Source of the DNA: an uncultured bacterium
GTDB taxonomy: Bacteria; Bacillota; Limnochordia; DTU080; JAAYLA01
Length of the DNA: 64,000 nt
Reading direction: 5' to 3'
Assembly: GCA_937983075.1 (NCBI GenBank)
Contig: CALKAQ010000031.1
Coordinates: 1,717 to 65,716 of the forward strand
Shown: positions 59,977-64,000 of the stretch, in pieces
Position numbering within the stretch: position 1 is the first letter of the stretch
How the letters are laid out: every line of letters begins with the position of its first letter
Translations under genes and position numbers: made by a program
The notes under the pieces: generated by a model
Databases searched by the model: none
The model's input: only the letters and a program-made list of their open reading frames with translations
Told to the model about the DNA's origin: nothing

Positions 59977-60513
59977 ATGTGTTTGCGGATTGTTTATTCG
60001 TGTTATGGCGGCGCTCACTCGTCACCCGTAGCTGCCGCCATTCATTTGGGGCAGTTGCCGAGGCAGACCATCCCGCCAAAGGAAAAGTTTTTGGAGCTTC
60101 AGCTTTTTGATCAAGCTACATCAGAGCAGCACGGCCAGCTGAGGCATTTGGGTGTAGATGAAAAAGGAAACCACGTGTATGTACTCGGACGCGGTCCGCG
60201 AGGTTCGGCAGTGGTCCGTGCGTTGCTGAGCGGGGTGCATTTGATGGGCGGAAGGACGCATGACATTAAAATCATCGACACGCTGCCGACGGTCAATCTT
60301 TGGATGCGAATTGGGGGTCTTTTTTCACGCCGCTTCGGCTGGGTGTCCATCGGGCGTCCATTGGTTCTACATGGAATTCGACGGGCGTATCCGCGGCTCG
60401 TGCGTTTGGTCGAACTGGTGGAACGCAACTTAGCGGCAGGGTGGCCCGTCGAACTGAGCTGCCACACGAAAGTACTCAAGGACTTTCTTTGCACCCCGGA
60501 GAAGACAAAATGA
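59977..60513 (+). CDS. DUF3189-family protein
   Basis: VYSCYGGAHSSPVAAAIHLG N-terminus typical of DUF3189 (from memory). Confidence 0.45.
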   Translation: MCLRIVYSCYGGAHSSPVAAAIHLGQLPRQTIPPKEKFLELQLFDQATSEQHGQLRHLGVDEKGNHVYVLGRGPRGSAVVRALLSGVHLMGGRTHDIKIIDTLPTVNLWMRIGGLFSRRFGWVSIGRPLVLHGIRRAYPRLVRLVELVERNLAAGWPVELSCHTKVLKDFLCTPEKTK

Positions 60514-60535
60514 CGGTTATGGGGTAAAATGTGCA

Positions 60536-61951
60536 TTGGATTTGCCGGAGAGCCCGTTATCGGGCTCCTCTAACTTAGAAAAGGAGTCTCCGGAACGATT
60601 GCCAACCCCAAACAATCACCGATCAACAACAAAGACACCGCGTCCCACTGTGGCTATTATCGGAAGGCCTAATGTTGGGAAATCGACACTGTTCAATCGC
60701 ATTGCCCAGCGGCGTATTGCTATTGTTGAGGGTCAGCCGGGTGTAACGCGCGACCGGCTGGTCGTACCGTGTCGCTGGCTCGAACATTCATTTTTGCTTG
60801 TCGACACCGGCGGAATCGAAAGCAGTCCGGGAAGCGACATTGAGTCGAATACTCGCAAGCAAGCCGAAATTGCCATCGAAGAAGCCGATGTCATTCTTTT
60901 TGTTGTCGATGCGCGTGCCGGCATCACGGCGGGAGACGAAGAGGTTGCCGACCTTCTGCGCCGTTCCGGCAAACCGGTCATTGTAGTCGCCAACAAGGCC
61001 GATCACCGGGATGCCGAACTCGCCAGCGCCGAATTTCACGCACTCGGCATGGGAGACCCTGTTCCCGTCTCTGCCGAACACGGCCGCAACATCGGTGATT
61101 TGTTGGATCGTGTCGTGGCTTATTTTCCCGAGCCGCAAGAAGTTGACGATGACGACGATGCCATCGCCGTCGCGGTACTCGGACGTCCCAACGTCGGCAA
61201 GTCGTCTCTCGTCAACGCGCTGATCGGCGAAGAACGCATGATTGTCAGCAACGTACCCGGGACGACGCGTGATGCCATTGATACCGACATCGTCTGGAAC
61301 GGCCGTACGATCAAGCTGATCGATACGGCGGGCTTACGGCGAAAATCACGCATCGATTCCGACGTCGAACGCTACAGCGTTCTCCGGGCATTGCGAGCGG
61401 CGGAACGCAGCAACGTCTGCGTGCTCGTCATTGACGCAACCGAAGGTGTGACCGAGCAAGACAAACGCATCGCGGGCATTCCGCATGAAACCGGTAAAGC
61501 GGTTGTCATCGTGGTCAACAAGTGGGATCTGATTGAGAAGGACAGCAACACCATGCAGCAGTTTGACGAACACATACGGTGGGAGTTGTCTTTCATCCAA
61601 TATGCGCCCACGGTGTACATCTCGGCGCTTACCGGACAGCGTGTCCACAAGGTCCTGGAAACCGTCGAATATGTGGCGGAACAAGCGGCGATGCGCGTGC
61701 GCACGAGCAGGCTCAACGAAGTCATTCAAGAGGCGATGCTGTTGCACCAGCCTCCGTCCCATAAAGGCAAAAGCCTCAAGGTGTTGTACGCGCAGCAGAT
61801 TGGCGTCAATCCTCCGCATATCCTTTTGTTCGTCAACGATCCGGATCGGCTTCATTTTTCCTACAAGCGCTACCTCGAAAATCAGTTGAGAGAAGCTTTT
61901 GGCTTTGTCGGCAGCCCGATCATCATTTCGGCTCGGCGCCGAGGAGAGTGA
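60536..61951 (+). CDS. der: Ribosome-biogenesis GTPase Der (EngA), tandem GTPase domains plus KH-like domain
   Basis: Two G1 motifs VAIIGRPNVGKST and VAVLGRPNVGKSS, DTAG, NKxD; about 35-aa N-terminal extension if TTG 60536 is used; alternative TTG near 60599. Confidence 0.9.
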   Translation: MDLPESPLSGSSNLEKESPERLPTPNNHRSTTKTPRPTVAIIGRPNVGKSTLFNRIAQRRIAIVEGQPGVTRDRLVVPCRWLEHSFLLVDTGGIESSPGSDIESNTRKQAEIAIEEADVILFVVDARAGITAGDEEVADLLRRSGKPVIVVANKADHRDAELASAEFHALGMGDPVPVSAEHGRNIGDLLDRVVAYFPEPQEVDDDDDAIAVAVLGRPNVGKSSLVNALIGEERMIVSNVPGTTRDAIDTDIVWNGRTIKLIDTAGLRRKSRIDSDVERYSVLRALRAAERSNVCVLVIDATEGVTEQDKRIAGIPHETGKAVVIVVNKWDLIEKDSNTMQQFDEHIRWELSFIQYAPTVYISALTGQRVHKVLETVEYVAEQAAMRVRTSRLNEVIQEAMLLHQPPSHKGKSLKVLYAQQIGVNPPHILLFVNDPDRLHFSYKRYLENQLREAFGFVGSPIIISARRRGE

Positions 61952-62568
61952 ACAGTTTGTCCGAATTCAGTTGGATCGCTTTGCTGTTGGCGGCATATCT
62001 TTTAGGGTCGGTGCCGTTCGGATACATCGTCGGCCGAGTGAGGGGAATCGATGTTCGCCAACACGGCAGCGGCAACGTTGGCGCGTCCAATGTGATGCGC
62101 CTGTTCGGTGTACCTGCAGGCATTTTGGTTTTGTTGCTTGATGCACTGAAGGGCTATATGGGAGTTGCCATGATGCGAATGGCCGGGTATGACACGCCTG
62201 AACTGCTTTTGCTCGCCGGGCTGTGTGCTGTTGCCGGCCATACGTGGTCGGTTTTTCTGCGTTTTCGTGGAGGCCGTGGCGTGGCAACTTCGCTCGGTGT
62301 GCTCATCGCGTTGGCTCCTGCGGTTGCCGCAGTGGCCTTTTTCACCTGGGTCGTGGTTCTTTTGCTGACTCGCTATATTTCTTTGTCGTCAGTCGTCGCC
62401 GGGGCTGTCCTACCGATTGCCATGATCCTCTTCAAACAACCCGGTGTATATATCTTGGGCGGCTTTGTCATTTTTATGCTTGATGTTTATCGTCACGTAC
62501 CGAATTTCCGGCGACTTTTGGCAGGAACGGAACCCAAAATCGGCCACAGGGTGGAAGTAACCAAGTGA
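61948..62568 (+). CDS. plsY: Glycerol-3-phosphate acyltransferase PlsY
   Basis: GSGNVGASNVMR motif, 5-TM. Confidence 0.9.
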   Translation: MNSLSEFSWIALLLAAYLLGSVPFGYIVGRVRGIDVRQHGSGNVGASNVMRLFGVPAGILVLLLDALKGYMGVAMMRMAGYDTPELLLLAGLCAVAGHTWSVFLRFRGGRGVATSLGVLIALAPAVAAVAFFTWVVVLLLTRYISLSSVVAGAVLPIAMILFKQPGVYILGGFVIFMLDVYRHVPNFRRLLAGTEPKIGHRVEVTK

Positions 62569-63599
62569 TTACAGTATCCGTTGTCGGCGGCGGAGGATGG
62601 GGAACAGCTTTGGCTGCATCTATCGGCGGGCAAGGCGTTCCCGTTAGACTCTGGGTGCGCCGATCCGAACATGCTGAACAAATACAGATTGAAAGGGAAA
62701 ACAAAGCCCATCTGCCGGGCGTGTTTTTGCCGCCCGCCGTTTCAGTTACGGATCAACTGGAAGATGTGGCCAGTTTTTCAAATTACATCATTTTGGTCGT
62801 TCCATCGCAAGCGGTTCGTTCGGTCGTCGGACGCTTGGCGCCTTATTTGACACCGGAACATCGCCTTCTCAATGCAGCGAAGGGACTAGAAATCGGCACG
62901 CACCTTCGCATGTCGCAAGTCATCGCAGAGTCCGTGCCGTGCATCGATCCAAAGCGCATTGCCAGTATTTCCGGGCCGAATCACGCCGAAGAAGTAGGGC
63001 GCGGAATTCCAAGTGCAACCGTCGTTGCAGCGCCGGATGAATCCGTGGCGGCTGAATGGCAAGACATTTTAATGACGGAATCGCTGCGAGTCTATACCAC
63101 GGATGACTTGATTGGCGTCGAACTCGGTGGTGCATTAAAAAACGTCATCGCTCTTGCAGCCGGTATTTCCGACGGACTTGGCTTCGGCGACAACACACGG
63201 GCGGCGTTGGTAACCCGGGGATTGGCAGAGATGGTCCGATTGGGAACTGCTTTGGGCGCTCGCCCTTTGACGTTTTCCGGCTTGGCCGGCATCGGCGATC
63301 TCATGGCGACTTGCAACAGCCGGCACAGCCGCAATCGCTCCGCCGGAGAAGCCATCGGGCGTGGCATCCCCCTCGAATCGATAGTGGAAAATACGGTCAA
63401 CGTCATCGAAGGCATCCCGACGTGTAAAGCAGTGCTGGGCTTGGCCCAGCGCTTCGGAGTCGACATGCCGATTTCTGAAAGTGTGTACGGCATTTTATAT
63501 CGGCGGGAAGACCCGCGCCTCACCGTTTCGGCTTTGATGTCCCGCGGTCCAAAGAGCGAATGGGAGCCGATTCCGATCATCCCGAGACAATCTCGTTAG
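62565..63599 (+). CDS. gpsA: NAD(P)H-dependent glycerol-3-phosphate dehydrogenase
   Basis: ITVSVVGGGGWGTALA Rossmann motif, GALKNVIALAAG. Confidence 0.9.
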   Translation: MITVSVVGGGGWGTALAASIGGQGVPVRLWVRRSEHAEQIQIERENKAHLPGVFLPPAVSVTDQLEDVASFSNYIILVVPSQAVRSVVGRLAPYLTPEHRLLNAAKGLEIGTHLRMSQVIAESVPCIDPKRIASISGPNHAEEVGRGIPSATVVAAPDESVAAEWQDILMTESLRVYTTDDLIGVELGGALKNVIALAAGISDGLGFGDNTRAALVTRGLAEMVRLGTALGARPLTFSGLAGIGDLMATCNSRHSRNRSAGEAIGRGIPLESIVENTVNVIEGIPTCKAVLGLAQRFGVDMPISESVYGILYRREDPRLTVSALMSRGPKSEWEPIPIIPRQSR

Positions 63600-63730
63600 T
63601 TTTTCACGGTCCAGCGGTTCTGAACCGGACATTCCCTCCATATAGATGTACCGTGTTCTGCGAAAGCGCGACGGCCGCGTAGACGGCCTGGTTGCGGGCC
63701 AAGCAGCACGACTTGGAGGAGGGACCGGTT

Positions 63731-64000
63731 TTGGCCGAGCGATTCGATATCTTTCGCGACATTACCGAACGCACCGGAGGCAGTATCTACATCGGTGTCG
63801 TTGGCCCCGTGCGTACTGGTAAGTCGACATTCATCAAGCGCTTCATGGACCTGCTGGTGTTGCCGAACATCCCGGATGAAGGGGCGCGAGCGCGAACACA
63901 AGATGAGCTGCCGCAAAGCGGTGCAGGCCGCAGCATCATGACGACGCAGCCGCATTTCATTCCGGACGAACCGGTATCCGTTCGCTTTGCGGACAACTTG
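63731..64000 (+). CDS. spoIVA: Stage IV sporulation protein A (5-prime partial, continues beyond window)
   Basis: TTG start after GGAGGAGG; LAERFDIFRDITERTGGSIYIGVVGPVRTGKSTFIKRFM matches the SpoIVA N-terminal Walker A region; missing from the ORF track because no in-window stop. Confidence 0.85.
   Translation, partial: MAERFDIFRDITERTGGSIYIGVVGPVRTGKSTFIKRFMDLLVLPNIPDEGARARTQDELPQSGAGRSIMTTQPHFIPDEPVSVRFADNL

Noticed and set aside
1-64000. CRISPR arrays, transposases/integrases, prophage blocks, rRNA
   Set aside because: No periodic direct repeats, no recombinase-like ORFs and no rRNA-like conserved stretches were seen on either strand.

Overview
High-GC, sporulating Firmicutes chromosome segment, Bacillales-like in synteny; organism not identified from sequence alone. 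It is mostly core genome. The conserved ftsK/spoIIIE - rodZ - pgsA - cinA - recA - recX - rny backbone is interrupted by inserted blocks. Between rodZ and pgsA lie hslO, a SpoIIP paralog, murC, two convergent SNF2-helicase plus YqhG-like partner modules, a standalone tRNA-Ala(CGC), csp and an 11-gene nuoABCDHIJKLMN operon on the minus strand (no nuoEFG). Between pgsA and cinA lie spoVT, a short FtsH-like protease with a small membrane partner, argS, a histidine phosphatase, a dCMP deaminase and a CDF transporter. Downstream come a dipeptidase, dodecin, DUF360, an orphan spoVAF-like gene, lysA, scpAB, ytfIJ, rluB, a HutP-family gene leading aroH-hisC-DAHP synthase-tyrA, then cmk-plsC-rpsA-membrane protein-SpoIIP-DUF3189-der-plsY-gpsA and the 5-prime end of spoIVA. 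No CRISPR arrays, transposases, integrases or rRNA genes were seen. The strongest candidate for an undescribed system is the mirror-image pair of SNF2 helicase plus YqhG-like modules (8332..14138). Other points worth follow-up: an FtsH-like/partner operon behind a long structured leader, a terminator-ended leader in front of a HutP-family gene heading an aromatic amino-acid cluster, a promoter-terminator sandwich upstream of rny, and unusual N-terminal acidic extensions on RpsA and NuoC. Many long antisense ORFs in the six-frame track are GC-driven artefacts.
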